A DNA stretch of 64,000 nucleotides from Laspinema palackyanum D2c (GTDB lineage Bacteria; Cyanobacteriota; Cyanobacteriia; Cyanobacteriales; Laspinemataceae). A program made the position numbers and the translations under genes. The notes beneath the pieces are model-generated. The model was not told the origin of the DNA, did not search any database, and saw nothing but the letters and a program-made list of their open reading frames with translations. The stretch is taken from the NCBI RefSeq assembly GCF_025370875.1, contig NZ_JAMXFD010000004.1, forward strand, positions 196,777 through 260,776. The letters run 5' to 3'. The stretch's first letter is position 1; every line of letters begins with the position of its first letter. Shown here piece by piece: positions 1 to 9,640 of this stretch.

Positions 1-125
1 CCGCCGGTTGTTGCTTAAAACCCGCCGGTTGTTGCTTAAAACCCGCCGGTTGTTGCTTAAAACCCGCCGGTTGTTGCTTAAAACCCGCCGGTTGTTGCAA
101 CTTAAAACCCGCCGGTTGTTGCAAC
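1..125. repeat. Tandem repeat at the window edge, downstream of ureC: 21-bp unit CCGCCGGTTGTTGCTTAAAAC x4, then two 24-bp variants (GTTGCAACTTAAAAC). Probably continues beyond the window.
   Basis: Direct reading of the sequence: a perfect 21-bp period from position 1, and the last two units carry a 3-bp 'caa' insertion. Confidence 0.85.
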
Positions 126-1859
126 TTAAAACAGAAAATATCGCTGGGCCAAGGGCAACACTTGTGCCGGTTCACAGGTGAGTAATTGACCATCCGCCCA
201 AACTTGATAGGTTTCTGGATCTACCTCAATATAAGGCAGGGTCTCATTTAATTTCATATCCCGTTTCCCCACCTTGCGCGTGTCCGAAACGGCAATAGCT
301 GGTTTTCGCAAACCTAACTGAGTTGGTATTTCTAACTCCAATGCTGCTTGGGAGACAAATGTAAAAGATGTGGCAGTCCGAGACCCTCCAAAACTGGCAA
401 ACATCGGCTGAGAATGGATCGGTTGCGGAGTCGGAATACTGGCATTGGCATCTCCCATTTGGGCGTAGGCGATCGCCCCCCCTTTGATCACCAGTTCCGG
501 TTTCACCCCAAAAAATGCCGGACGCCACAAGCATAAATCCGCCAGTTTACCTTCTTCAATCGACCCCACATAATTAGAAATCCCGTGGGCAATTGCGGGA
601 TTAATCGTATATTTGGCAATATAACGTCGCGCCCGGAAATTATCCTGTTCTGTTGTACTGGGAATCCCATCTTTGCGGTCATCCGGGGACAAAAACCCGC
701 GCTGTACCTTCATTTTATGGGCGGTTTGCCAAGTGCGAATGATGGTTTCTCCCACTCGTCCCATTGCCTGAGAATCGGAGGAAATCATACTAAACGCCCC
801 GAGGTCATGTAAAATATCCTCGGCAGCAATGGTTTCCCGACGGATGCGGGATTCAGCAAAAGCGACATCTTCGGGGATACTGCGATCGAGGTGATGGCAC
901 ACCATCAGCATATCCAGATGTTCTTCTAAGGTATTTACAGTATAAGGGCGGGTGGGATTGGTGGAAGAGGGGAGGACATTTTTTTGTCCGCAAACCTTGA
1001 TAATATCCGGGGCGTGTCCTCCGCCAGCCCCTTCCGTATGGTAAGTATGAATGGTGCGGTCTTTAAAGGCGGCGATGGTTTGTTCTACAAATCCCGCTTC
1101 ATTCAGGGTATCGGTATGGATGGCAACTTGCACATCATACTCATCGGCAACCGTCAGACAAGTATCGATCGCCGCTGGAGTGGTTCCCCAGTCTTCATGT
1201 AATTTTAATCCCATTGCACCGGCGAGAACCTGTTCCACGAGGGCGCGGGGTCTGCTGCTGTTGCCTTTTCCCATAAATCCGAGATTCACAGGGAAGGCAT
1301 CGGCAGCTTGTAACATCCGGTGGATGTTCCAAGGTCCGGGGGTACAGGTGGTGGCATTCGTTCCCGTAGCGGGTCCGGTTCCCCCGCCTAACATGGTGGT
1401 AATTCCCGAGGCGATCGCCACCTCAATCTGTTGGGGACAAATAAAGTGTATATGGGCATCGATTCCCCCGGCAGTGAGAATCATCCCTTCCCCGGCGATC
1501 GCCTCGGTTCCTGGACCGATAATAATATCAACATGATCTTGGATATAAGGATTTCCCGCCTTACCAATTTTAAATATTTTGCCATCCCGGATTCCCACAT
1601 CGGCTTTAACCACTCCCCACCAATCGAGAATCACCGCATTGGTAATCACTAAATCCACCGCCCCGTTATCATTGGCAATGGGGGATTGTCCCATGCCATC
1701 GCGGATGACTTTTCCCCCGCCAAATTTCACTTCATCGCCGTAGGTGGTAAAGTCTTGTTCAACTTCAATAAATAATTCTGTATCGGCTAACCGAATGCGA
1801 TCGCCCACCGTTGGGCCATAAGTTTCCGCATAAGCGCGGCGGTCCATTTTATAACTCAT
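126..1859 (-). CDS. ureC: Urease alpha subunit (UreC). The six-frame ORF runs to 1904, but homology begins at [20 protein letters not shown], so the start is placed at 1859.
   Basis: Translation carries hallmark urease-alpha motifs ([75 protein letters not shown]). Protein length is about 577 aa. Confidence 0.9.
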   Translation of the reverse strand: MSYKMDRRAYAETYGPTVGDRIRLADTELFIEVEQDFTTYGDEVKFGGGKVIRDGMGQSPIANDNGAVDLVITNAVILDWWGVVKADVGIRDGKIFKIGKAGNPYIQDHVDIIIGPGTEAIAGEGMILTAGGIDAHIHFICPQQIEVAIASGITTMLGGGTGPATGTNATTCTPGPWNIHRMLQAADAFPVNLGFMGKGNSSRPRALVEQVLAGAMGLKLHEDWGTTPAAIDTCLTVADEYDVQVAIHTDTLNEAGFVEQTIAAFKDRTIHTYHTEGAGGGHAPDIIKVCGQKNVLPSSTNPTRPYTVNTLEEHLDMLMVCHHLDRSIPEDVAFAESRIRRETIAAEDILHDLGAFSMISSDSQAMGRVGETIIRTWQTAHKMKVQRGFLSPDDRKDGIPSTTEQDNFRARRYIAKYTINPAIAHGISNYVGSIEEGKLADLCLWRPAFFGVKPELVIKGGAIAYAQMGDANASIPTPQPIHSQPMFASFGGSRTATSFTFVSQAALELEIPTQLGLRKPAIAVSDTRKVGKRDMKLNETLPYIEVDPETYQVWADGQLLTCEPAQVLPLAQRYFLF

Positions 1860-2120
1860 TGACGTTCCCTCACTCCATTCTCGCCCATCATTTCTGGGTT
1901 CCAATTAGTTTATCCCATTTTAGGGAGAATTAAACCGGCGTTAGTGCTGTTGAGAACAGACGGGAGTAAAACAGCGGAATAAAGCTACCAAAATTCCCAA
2001 CAATCGATGACATCAACCGGGCGATCGAGATGCAGATTTTAGAGTAAACACCCCACACCCTTGCGGCTGGGGGTGTTTGTCAACCTCCGAAAACTGGATT
2101 GGCTATCAGTGCTAATCGGG

Positions 2121-4169
2121 TTAATTCCAGTTCCCAATCAGGGTAAACGCAGACCAAAAATAAGGGTGAGATAGGTTTATCGTTTTTTGTTCCCTCAATT
2201 CCGGGGGTAGGGGAACGGTTTTGCCATTCGATAGAACTAACATCCCATTTTCTATGCGAACCTCTCCCCTTAACAGCGCCAGTTGGGTTTGCCGTAAAGC
2301 TTCGGCTTTCAGTGGTTTTTCCCCTAATTGGGAATAAAATTCACTCATTAATCCCAGAGTTCCTGCATCGCTGACATACCAGAAACTGGCTAAGGATGCC
2401 TTAGCCCCAGAAAGTACAGCTAACCCCGCAAATCCCAACTCAGCCTCTGTATCTCCCACTGCGGTCCGACAGGCACTTAGGGTTAATAGTTCAATGGGAG
2501 GACTCTGGGAGGTATTCCACCCGAGTTCCGTGGCTAAGTCTCGAATTTGATTGAGTCCGACTCGGCTATCAAAAAACGTGATATAAGAGTTATCTAAATT
2601 TCCCCCTTGAAATTCGGCATGGGTTGCTAAATGGATAATTCCAAAGCGTTTTTCCTGGTTAATTTGTCGGAAATTAGCGGCAGTGAATTGTTCATTCAGA
2701 AAGACATTTCCCTTCCAGGGAGCGCTCACAATATTTTGCAATTCAGTCGGCACCGCAGGGAGGGGATTGAGGTCTTGAAAAATAGCAGAACCCATCCCTA
2801 ATACTTCTCGGTTCCGGATATCAGAATAGGTGACATCAGTTAAGCCAAAACTGGGGACTAAAGCAACGGCATATTTTTCTAATAAAAACTGTTCCCCATC
2901 ATGCAAGGCCACCAGGGGAAGGGTTCTCAACCCAGAATCCATTGAAAAAACTAAAGTTTCAATCCCATTGGCTTCCAGTTGTGCTTCCATTGGAGCAATT
3001 AGCGACTGATAAAGTGATTGGGCGATCGGTAAGTAACTTTTACTGTTGAGCCTTCGGGGATTAGTCAGTTCCGATCGCAAGTTTTGCACCTGTTCAAGAA
3101 GCTGTTCCCGCACGACATTGGGTACCGTTTCGCGAACCGCTACATCCGTGGTTCTCTCAATCAGTCCTTGGGCTAAATCCGCCGAAGCCACTAAGTCAGA
3201 ACTGCCCCCCGATACTCGAAAATTCTGGGGAAAAATCATCACCAGTTCTAATTGGTCCGCTAACGCTGAGACATAAATAAATGAACTCTTGTTACCCGTC
3301 GCTTGCCACAAATCATACAAGGTTTGAGCAATATCATCGGGAGTTGCGGTTTCCCCAAATAACTCCACTTCTAAATAATTGCTAAACTCCATTGCCTGAT
3401 ATTCTTCCAACATTTGAACCGCCACCCCAATATCAGCCGCAGCTAACTGAGTTTCATAACCCGGGCGATCAACTTCTTGGTCCGATAGACTACTCAAGGG
3501 CTGTGCTTCTCCCGTTGTGCTGGGCTCACCTTCGAGAATTTGACCCTCTATGGAATTGGTACTTTCAGTTGTGGGGTCGGGTTCTGGATTATTCTCGCTC
3601 ACCGGAGGAGGAATTTCCTCCTCCAGGGGAATCTCTGGATTCTCGGGGATGACAAGCGGGCCCGTGGGTTCGGGGGACTGAATGTTAATCGGTTCTTGGG
3701 TTTGAACGGGAATCGGTGTCAGCACTTCCCCTGGACTGTCAACAGGGATTACTGGGGTATCTCCAGGTGGTGTGTCTGTGGGAGTTTCTGGGGGAGTTTC
3801 TGTGGGAGTTTCTGCGGGAGTTTCTGTGGGAGTTTCTGTGGGAGTTTCTGCGGGAGTTTCTGCGGGAGTTTCTGCGGGAGTTTCTGCGGGAGTTTCTGCG
3901 GGAGTTTCGGTGGGAGTAGGTAGAGGGGTGATGCTTCCTGTGGGTGCGATCGTTGGCGGTGGCGGTAGCGGTTCCTCCGGTAGCGGTTCCTCCGGTAGCG
4001 GTTCCTCTGGTAGCGGTTCCTCTGGTAGCGGTTCCTCTGGTAGCGGTTCCTCTGGTAGGGGTCCCGTGACATCGGACTGGTTTCCCGTCTGGGTGATGGC
4101 AGGATCAGCAGCGATCGCCACCAATGTCATAGCCAGAAACAATTTCATCCATCCCTTAAACAGCTTCAT
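2121..4169 (-). CDS. Secreted CHAT-domain (caspase-like) peptidase. Has an N-terminal signal peptide, a long Pro/Glu/Thr-rich repetitive linker and a C-terminal CHAT domain.
   Basis: Signal peptide MKLFLAMTLVAIAA. Repeats (PEEPL)x7 and ([AT]ETP)x~12. C-terminal region carries the CHAT His/Cys dyad context (IIHLATHAEF ... LLTLSACRTAVGD). Confidence 0.8.
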   Translation of the reverse strand: MKLFKGWMKLFLAMTLVAIAADPAITQTGNQSDVTGPLPEEPLPEEPLPEEPLPEEPLPEEPLPEEPLPPPPTIAPTGSITPLPTPTETPAETPAETPAETPAETPAETPTETPTETPAETPTETPPETPTDTPPGDTPVIPVDSPGEVLTPIPVQTQEPINIQSPEPTGPLVIPENPEIPLEEEIPPPVSENNPEPDPTTESTNSIEGQILEGEPSTTGEAQPLSSLSDQEVDRPGYETQLAAADIGVAVQMLEEYQAMEFSNYLEVELFGETATPDDIAQTLYDLWQATGNKSSFIYVSALADQLELVMIFPQNFRVSGGSSDLVASADLAQGLIERTTDVAVRETVPNVVREQLLEQVQNLRSELTNPRRLNSKSYLPIAQSLYQSLIAPMEAQLEANGIETLVFSMDSGLRTLPLVALHDGEQFLLEKYAVALVPSFGLTDVTYSDIRNREVLGMGSAIFQDLNPLPAVPTELQNIVSAPWKGNVFLNEQFTAANFRQINQEKRFGIIHLATHAEFQGGNLDNSYITFFDSRVGLNQIRDLATELGWNTSQSPPIELLTLSACRTAVGDTEAELGFAGLAVLSGAKASLASFWYVSDAGTLGLMSEFYSQLGEKPLKAEALRQTQLALLRGEVRIENGMLVLSNGKTVPLPPELREQKTINLSHPYFWSAFTLIGNWN
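3780..3912. repeat. In-frame 12-bp tandem repeat (GGGAGTTTCTG[TC]), about 11 units, encoding the ETPA/ETPT repeats of the CHAT protein.
   Basis: Perfect 12-bp periodicity visible in the sequence. Candidate variable-number tandem repeat (VNTR). Confidence 0.85.
3964..4056. repeat. In-frame 15-bp tandem repeat (GGTAGCGGTTCCTC[CT]), about 6 units, encoding the PEEPL repeats of the CHAT protein.
   Basis: Perfect 15-bp periodicity visible in the sequence. Confidence 0.85.
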
Positions 4170-4199
4170 TGTGAGAATCCTTTTATAAATAAGCCTGTA

Positions 4200-5264
4200 C
4201 TACAACCGATCAAAGGTAAAACCATAACCAATCCCGAGAATAAACCGAGTGCCATCTCCCGCACTTCCAGTTATGTCCGTAATCGCGGGAGAAATCACCA
4301 AGGGAATATTCCGGAACGGCACAACGGAAACCCCCAAAGTGAGGTCCTGACCCGTCCATTCTGCGATCGCACTGACGGGAGGTGCAACCCGCAAAGCCAC
4401 GGATCCAAACAGTCCGACAGTCCCCTCTCCCGCCTCGATATCTGACTCCGATCGGTACTGTCCACCTCCGACCCCCAGGGTCACATACATTTGGCTCCAA
4501 AGGTTCTCCGGTTCATCTAAAACGAAGCGTTTCGTCACCACGCCATACCCAGAGGTCCCCCCATCGGTTTCTCCCCAAGTGAGAGCTCCCTGTATCCCTG
4601 CCGCAATGCCAAAATCGTTCGGCAATTGCCGATGCAATTTTAAGCTGAGACTGCCATCCTCAAAGGCATCACCCCATAAATCCGTCACCGTCACACCCAC
4701 GGTTAAGCCAATATTGTCCCTAGGATTTCCAAATCCGATGCCGAATCCAGCAACCCCATCGCTGCTATCTGTAAACCGCGTTCGTTCCTGTAAACCCAAC
4801 CCAAATCCCGCACTTCCCCAACCGGCACCATAGCCCGAGGGGGTCATCACCGTAATCCCCGGAGAGGCCAAGTAGGGTTTGCTTTGAGTGGTAACATCCG
4901 TACGCGGGCGAAACGGGATGCGTTGGGGCATGAACGGTTGTTCCCCGGGAATCCCCCGATGTAAGGGAGTCCCTGAGCGGGGGGCCGTTTCTTCCGGTGC
5001 TGTGGCGGGGTCTTCTTGGGCAATCTCACCTTGGGGGGAAACTGTCCCCTCCCAGGCATCCGGTTCGGGAAAAAGGACCTCAACCTCAGTGCGATCGCCC
5101 TGAAGGGGTTGGAAAAATAAAGGCTCCAGATGGGCAGCATCAGCAGATAATTCCAGATTGTCCCCGAACCCCCCGGCTTGCCAGGGTTCTACCTCGCCCG
5201 CTTGGGCGACATCAAGGGGAAATAAAATCCCGAAAAGAAGTAACTCAACGATCATACATTTCAT
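4200..5264 (-). CDS. Hypothetical secreted Gly-rich, beta-strand-rich protein, possibly an outer-membrane beta-barrel. Immediately upstream of, and co-directional with, the CHAT gene.
   Basis: Signal-like N-terminus MKCMIVELLLFGILFPLDVAQA. The C-terminal half has alternating hydrophobic/Gly patterns (GFGIGFG, ILGIGYGFTF). The gap to the CHAT gene is 30 bp. Start codon is uncertain (5330, 5264 or 5255). Confidence 0.55.
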   Translation of the reverse strand: MKCMIVELLLFGILFPLDVAQAGEVEPWQAGGFGDNLELSADAAHLEPLFFQPLQGDRTEVEVLFPEPDAWEGTVSPQGEIAQEDPATAPEETAPRSGTPLHRGIPGEQPFMPQRIPFRPRTDVTTQSKPYLASPGITVMTPSGYGAGWGSAGFGLGLQERTRFTDSSDGVAGFGIGFGNPRDNIGLTVGVTVTDLWGDAFEDGSLSLKLHRQLPNDFGIAAGIQGALTWGETDGGTSGYGVVTKRFVLDEPENLWSQMYVTLGVGGGQYRSESDIEAGEGTVGLFGSVALRVAPPVSAIAEWTGQDLTLGVSVVPFRNIPLVISPAITDITGSAGDGTRFILGIGYGFTFDRL

Positions 5265-5470
5265 TAGTGGCGAAGCTAAACAATAAAATACCCCTTCGAG
5301 GATTGTACCCGTTCTGATCTGCAAAATCACATTTTCTTTTCACTGAACTGAGGACAGTTAGGTTGCCCCTTCATCTTTTAGGGCAATCAGTTTAGTTAAA
5401 AATACTTATTTTTTCTCTCACCTCCGAGCAAAATAGGATTAGGGAACTCCAAAAAATAAAATCACCAAAA

Positions 5471-5535
5471 CGTTCGTAGTGACTCCTTGATTGAGTCATT
5501 TTTAGAGTAACCCCTGAAGGGGTTACTACGAAAAT
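5471..5535. repeat. Composite hairpin element in the MVP upstream region (GTGACTCCTTGATTGAGTCA and GTAGTAACCCCTGAAGGGGTTACTACGAA). Member of the dispersed hairpin-repeat family.
   Basis: Two perfect stem-loops. The outer arms GTAGTAAC/GTTACTAC are shared with copies at 8494, 19190, 27040, 61461 and 62925. Confidence 0.7.
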
Positions 5536-5721
5536 TCGGATGATTTATTTTTTGTAATTCCCTTAGCAATTGGACCCATTTGGAATCCAGCGATCGCCGT
5601 CATTCATCTAGGGTGATTTCTACCTGGGCAATCGCCTGATCGAAATCACTTCATCCCTGAAATCCTTGTTTATAGTAGAACTATCCTATCACCTATTCTC
5701 TGCGTAGAGAATATTCAAAAC

Positions 5722-8370
5722 ATGAGTAAACCCGATCAACTCTCCGAAAATCTCACCTTAAACTCGGATTTAGCCAGTGGAGTGATTCGTCTTAAACCCC
5801 AGGAATTTATTCATGTTTTAGATAATAATACGGGAATTACTCGCCTAGAAGTCGGCCCCCAAACGATTACCCTGCGAGATGGGGAACGACTTATCTTAAA
5901 ACCCCAACCCGCCATTGTTGTTCCCCCACGCCATTATTGCATCGTTGCCAATCCAGTCATGGTGGATGAAAATGGCGCACCCCTCACCGACCCTCGGGGA
6001 CAAATCCGACTCCGTTATGGCGATCGGGAAATTCGTTTATCCCAAGAACCCTTTCCCCTATATCCAGGGGAAGAACTTGCAGAAAGTGTCACCCAATTGC
6101 AAGTCGTCGAAACCAATCAAGCCTTGCGATTGCGCGCCTTACGGGATTTTAGCGAGACCCGGGCAATCCCCGGGGAAACTGTTCAAACCCAAATGATTGA
6201 GCGGGTTGCTGGAGATGAATGGCTATTTGAAGGACCCGGAACCTACATTCCTCGGGTAGAAGTGGCGATCGTTAAAACCGTCCAAGCCACTATTATTAAA
6301 ACCAATCAAGCCCTGCGATTATTCTCCCGTCAAAACTGCATCGATCGCCAGGGAATTCCCCGCCGCGCCGGAGAAGAATGGTTAGTACGAGAAGAAGGAG
6401 CTTATTTACCGGGCATTGATGAAGAAATCCTCGGTTTAATTGAGGCTTATGTCTTAACCGAGCGCAAAGCCTTGCATCTCAAAGCCAAACGCAGTTTTAC
6501 TGACATTTTTGGACGGCAACGGAAAGCCGGAGATGAATGGTTAGTTACCTTAGAAGATGCAGAAATTCATATTCCCGATGTCTATGAACAAGTCGTGGGG
6601 GAAGTCCAAGTCACCACATTGAATGACCGAGAATGGTGTATCGTCGTAGACCCCATCGATCGCCAAGGTAAACCCCAATTTGGGATGAGGGAAGTCCGAC
6701 AAGGGCGTATTACCTTCTTTTTACATCCCGGAGAATCCCTCCACAACGGCATCCAAAAAGTCTATGTGCTAGGGGAACAGGAAGCCTTGTTACTCCGGGC
6801 TTATGAAGCTTTTACCGAAGGAACCCCAGAGAACCCGATTCATCACCAACCCGGGGATTTATGGATGATTCATGGTCCCCGGGATTATATTCCTCCGGTA
6901 CAAGTCGAAGTCATCGAAACCCGCAAAGCGATTCCCTTAGATAAAAATGAAGGAATCTATGTGCGAGATATTCAAAATGGGGAACTGAAACTGGTGAGTG
7001 GGCCCCAAGCCTATCTGTTAGCCCCCCATGAAGAACCTTGGGAAAAAGAGTTACCCCCAGTGGTGGAAGAGTTGCTGCAACGCAAAAGTGACCCATTAGG
7101 CGATCGCGGGGAATATAGCGGCAGTGGTGAGGAAACCCGGGGACGAACCCAGAATCAGCGCAAACAACGGGATAAAACTCGTGCGGTTGTCTTTCATATT
7201 CCTCAAAATGCCGTGGTGCAAATTCACGACTATAAAGAACGAACTGCCCGGAATGTATTCGGTCCTGATTTAGTCATGTTAGGACCCGATGAAGCCTTTA
7301 CCGTGTTAAGTTTATCGGGGGATAAACCCAAACGACCCAATGCGATTAAATCGTTAGCTTTATTGTTGGGTCCGGATTTCATGACGGATATTTTCACCGT
7401 GGAAACTTCGGATCATGCGCGACTGCAATTACAATTATCTTATAATTGGTATTTTGAAGTCGATAAAAATAACGAAGAACAGACGGAGAAATTATTTCAA
7501 GTTCCCGATTTTGTCGGCGCTGCTTGCAAGGCGATCGCCTCCCGAGTGCGCGGTGCCGTTGCCGGAGTCCAATTCGATGAATTCCACCGCAACTCCGCCC
7601 GCATCATTCGTCAAGCCGTCTTTGGCGTCGATGACGAGGGACATATTCGGGAAGACTTCCGATTTCGGTCGAATAATCTCGTCATCACCAACATCGACAT
7701 TCAATCCGTCGAACCTGTAGATGAAGAAACCTTAAAAAGCCTGCAAAAATCCGTACAAATTGCCATTCAAATCACCACCGACGCCCAAGAAGCTGCGGCA
7801 AGACATGATGCCGAACGCATCGCCCAACAAGCCAAAGCCAGACTCGAAAGACAGGCGATTGTAGACAAAAGTGCCGCCGAAGCCGAACGCCGCAACCTGT
7901 TGGAATTAGAAGCAGAAAACGCCGCCATTTCCTCCACGGGACAAGCCACCGCCGAAGCCCGCGCCAAAGCCGAAGCCGCGCAGATTCAAGGGCAATTACA
8001 AGTGAATTTAGCCAGCCAAGAAGCCGAAGCCAACCGCATCCGCGCCGAAGTCGAACTCGCCCAACTGCGATCGCGCCAAGAAGCCGAACTCGCCCATCAA
8101 CAAGCCCTCACAAACCTAGAGATAGAAAAAGCCCAACGGATGGCGGAAATTACCAGTACCGAATTCGCCCAAAAAGTAGCTGCATTAGGACCGGAAACCC
8201 TGCGGGCGATCGCTCAAGCCGGACCGGAAATGCAAGCCCGACTCTTAGCGGGATTAGGTCTACAAAGTGTGCTCATTACCGACGGCAAAAGCCCGATTAA
8301 TTTGTTCAATACCGCCAATGGCTTAATCGGAGGTATGCCCTCTAATCCAGGGGGAAATGGGAGAGAATAG
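5722..8370 (+). CDS. Major vault protein (MVP) homolog, full length (N-terminal vault repeats, shoulder, C-terminal cap-helix coiled coil).
   Basis: 882-aa ORF. Long stretches match MVP motifs I recognise from metazoan MVP: [129 protein letters not shown]. Ala/Glu-rich heptad coiled coil at nt 7780-8110. Confidence 0.9.
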   Translation: MSKPDQLSENLTLNSDLASGVIRLKPQEFIHVLDNNTGITRLEVGPQTITLRDGERLILKPQPAIVVPPRHYCIVANPVMVDENGAPLTDPRGQIRLRYGDREIRLSQEPFPLYPGEELAESVTQLQVVETNQALRLRALRDFSETRAIPGETVQTQMIERVAGDEWLFEGPGTYIPRVEVAIVKTVQATIIKTNQALRLFSRQNCIDRQGIPRRAGEEWLVREEGAYLPGIDEEILGLIEAYVLTERKALHLKAKRSFTDIFGRQRKAGDEWLVTLEDAEIHIPDVYEQVVGEVQVTTLNDREWCIVVDPIDRQGKPQFGMREVRQGRITFFLHPGESLHNGIQKVYVLGEQEALLLRAYEAFTEGTPENPIHHQPGDLWMIHGPRDYIPPVQVEVIETRKAIPLDKNEGIYVRDIQNGELKLVSGPQAYLLAPHEEPWEKELPPVVEELLQRKSDPLGDRGEYSGSGEETRGRTQNQRKQRDKTRAVVFHIPQNAVVQIHDYKERTARNVFGPDLVMLGPDEAFTVLSLSGDKPKRPNAIKSLALLLGPDFMTDIFTVETSDHARLQLQLSYNWYFEVDKNNEEQTEKLFQVPDFVGAACKAIASRVRGAVAGVQFDEFHRNSARIIRQAVFGVDDEGHIREDFRFRSNNLVITNIDIQSVEPVDEETLKSLQKSVQIAIQITTDAQEAAARHDAERIAQQAKARLERQAIVDKSAAEAERRNLLELEAENAAISSTGQATAEARAKAEAAQIQGQLQVNLASQEAEANRIRAEVELAQLRSRQEAELAHQQALTNLEIEKAQRMAEITSTEFAQKVAALGPETLRAIAQAGPEMQARLLAGLGLQSVLITDGKSPINLFNTANGLIGGMPSNPGGNGRE

Positions 8371-8493
8371 ACCTAATAGGGAATCCGGTTGTCAAAGTCT
8401 ATAAAAACCTGCACCCGTAGAGGGTTCAAACTCGCGGACATTAGCCCGCAAACCAAGAGGAAATCTGCCGCACAAGTCATCCGCCCATCTTCT

Positions 8494-8712
8494 GTTTGTA
8501 GTAACGACTTCAGTCGTTACCGCGTTACTTGGCGTCAGCCAAGTAACGCCCACCCTGGGTTTGCTCGTGTTATGGCAGGAGCCATAACACTCTTGGCAAC
8601 GACTAAAGTCGTTACTACAAACAAGGAGGAAAGCTGCCGCACAAGTCATGCACCCCTCTGAGATTTAAACTCCAGTCCTCGAATGTTTGTAGTAACGACT
8701 TCAGTCGTTCAT
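8494..8712. repeat. Composite cluster of palindromic hairpin repeats immediately downstream of MVP. Contains three GTAGTAACGACTTCAGTCGTTAC-type units, an 11-bp-stem hairpin (CGTTACTTGGC-GTCA-GCCAAGTAACG), a 10-bp-stem hairpin (GTGTTATGGC-AGGA-GCCATAACAC) and a direct repeat CTGCCGCACAAGTCAT x2.
   Basis: Read directly from the sequence. The ORFs 8389-8661(+) and 8392-8649(-) are mirror-image translation artefacts of this structure. Confidence 0.8.
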
Positions 8713-8928
8713 GCGTTCTTATAAGGACTTGTTGGTTGTCATGGATGTTGAAAAGCCGGTAGGGTTTCCAGCTATTGTAGCCCAAGGCTTGAAGTGCCGA
8801 TCGCCCGCTGTGAGGATGCAGACACTCATCAGAAAAGGTTTCTGAGTGTAGGCGATTTGGCATCCGCAACCCTTGGCGATCGCTCAAAAGCAAAATCACT
8901 CTATTTTATTCTGTTGCTGGGTCTTTTT

Positions 8929-9135
8929 TCACAAGTCCTCCTCGGTGAGATTGGCTACTTTCATCAATGCCTTTAAAGTGCCAATTTTTAAGTCCTGATT
9001 ACTATGGACAGGAATAGAGAGAATTTTTTGTTCTTCGGGATTGTTGTAAATATAGTGGCTTCCTGTAATTCTCTGTAAAACCCAGCCCTTCTTTTCCACA
9101 ATTTTACAAAGTTGTTTTCCCGAAATAGACTTCAT
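8929..9135 (-). CDS. hicA: HicA-family mRNA interferase toxin.
   Basis: 68-aa protein with the HicA pattern (GKQLCKIVEKKGWVLQRITGSHYIY...PVHSNQDLKIGTLKALMK). Overlaps the upstream antitoxin gene by 4 bp (ATGA). Confidence 0.75.
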   Translation of the reverse strand: MKSISGKQLCKIVEKKGWVLQRITGSHYIYNNPEEQKILSIPVHSNQDLKIGTLKALMKVANLTEEDL

Positions 9136-9338
9136 ACCGCAATTTCCACAATTTCGTCTGTGGACTTTGTTTTTTTCAGACTATTATTCGCAACACTCAG
9201 CCAACCCTCAACGGCGTCTTGTAAATTCTGGGTGACCTCTTCCAAGGTATCACCTTCGGTAATGCAACCGGGAAGGGCTGGAACTTCTGCCCAATAGCCC
9301 CCTTCTTCTGCTGGATGAATAATGGCTTTAATTTTCAT
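9132..9338 (-). CDS. hicB: HicB-family antitoxin (UPF0150-like).
   Basis: 68-aa protein MKIKAIIHPAEEGGYWAEVPALPGCITEGDTLEEV..., the typical HicB N-terminal domain. Lies immediately upstream of hicA and overlaps it. Confidence 0.75.
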   Translation of the reverse strand: MKIKAIIHPAEEGGYWAEVPALPGCITEGDTLEEVTQNLQDAVEGWLSVANNSLKKTKSTDEIVEIAV

Positions 9339-9499
9339 AAACTTAGCTTCATCACTTTTTTAAGTTCAATATAGCAGACTCAGACACAGTTTTCACGCCA
9401 AATGAGTAGCGGCGATCGCTTTCAGGTTTCGCAGGGAATCGTTAAGTTGTTAGACTAACAAATTGCAGAGGGTTGTTGAGTGTTGTTGCCTCAAACCCA

Positions 9500-9640
9500 T
9501 TGACTGGGCTGTCGAAGCATGAGTCAAGCCTGTCCCGCAGCCCGCTGTCCCGCAACCCCCCCGAAGGGTCGAAGGGTCGAAGGGCGGGCTTGGTCTGTGT
9601 AGCCCCACCATGCTTATGTGCGGGTTTTTACAGACCTATC
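9500..9640. repeat. Repeat-containing intergenic segment (GAAGGGTCGAAGGGTCGAAGGGCGGGC ... TGTGTAGCCCCACC ... GTGCGGGTTTTTA) related to the ndhF-ndhD spacer repeats.
   Basis: Shares the TAGCCCCACC...GTGCGGGTT(T) tail with the repeats at 58146-58262. Sits inside the 1.1-kb region upstream of adhE. Confidence 0.45.

Noticed and set aside
3540-4188. Several 67-138-aa ORFs on both strands inside the CHAT gene (FCGSFCGS..., GVSAGVSAGVS..., QKLPQKLPQ...)
   Set aside because: They are produced by reading the 12-bp and 15-bp tandem repeats in other frames. The CHAT frame has a signal peptide and a conserved C-terminal domain.
8389-8661. Pair of mirror-image ORFs (90 aa on + and 85 aa on -) both containing ...VCSNDFSRY...
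   Set aside because: They are translation artefacts of the palindromic hairpin composite. The same peptide strings (SNDFSRY) appear wherever the hairpin unit occurs, for example ORF 19237-19494 and ORF 27255-27461.
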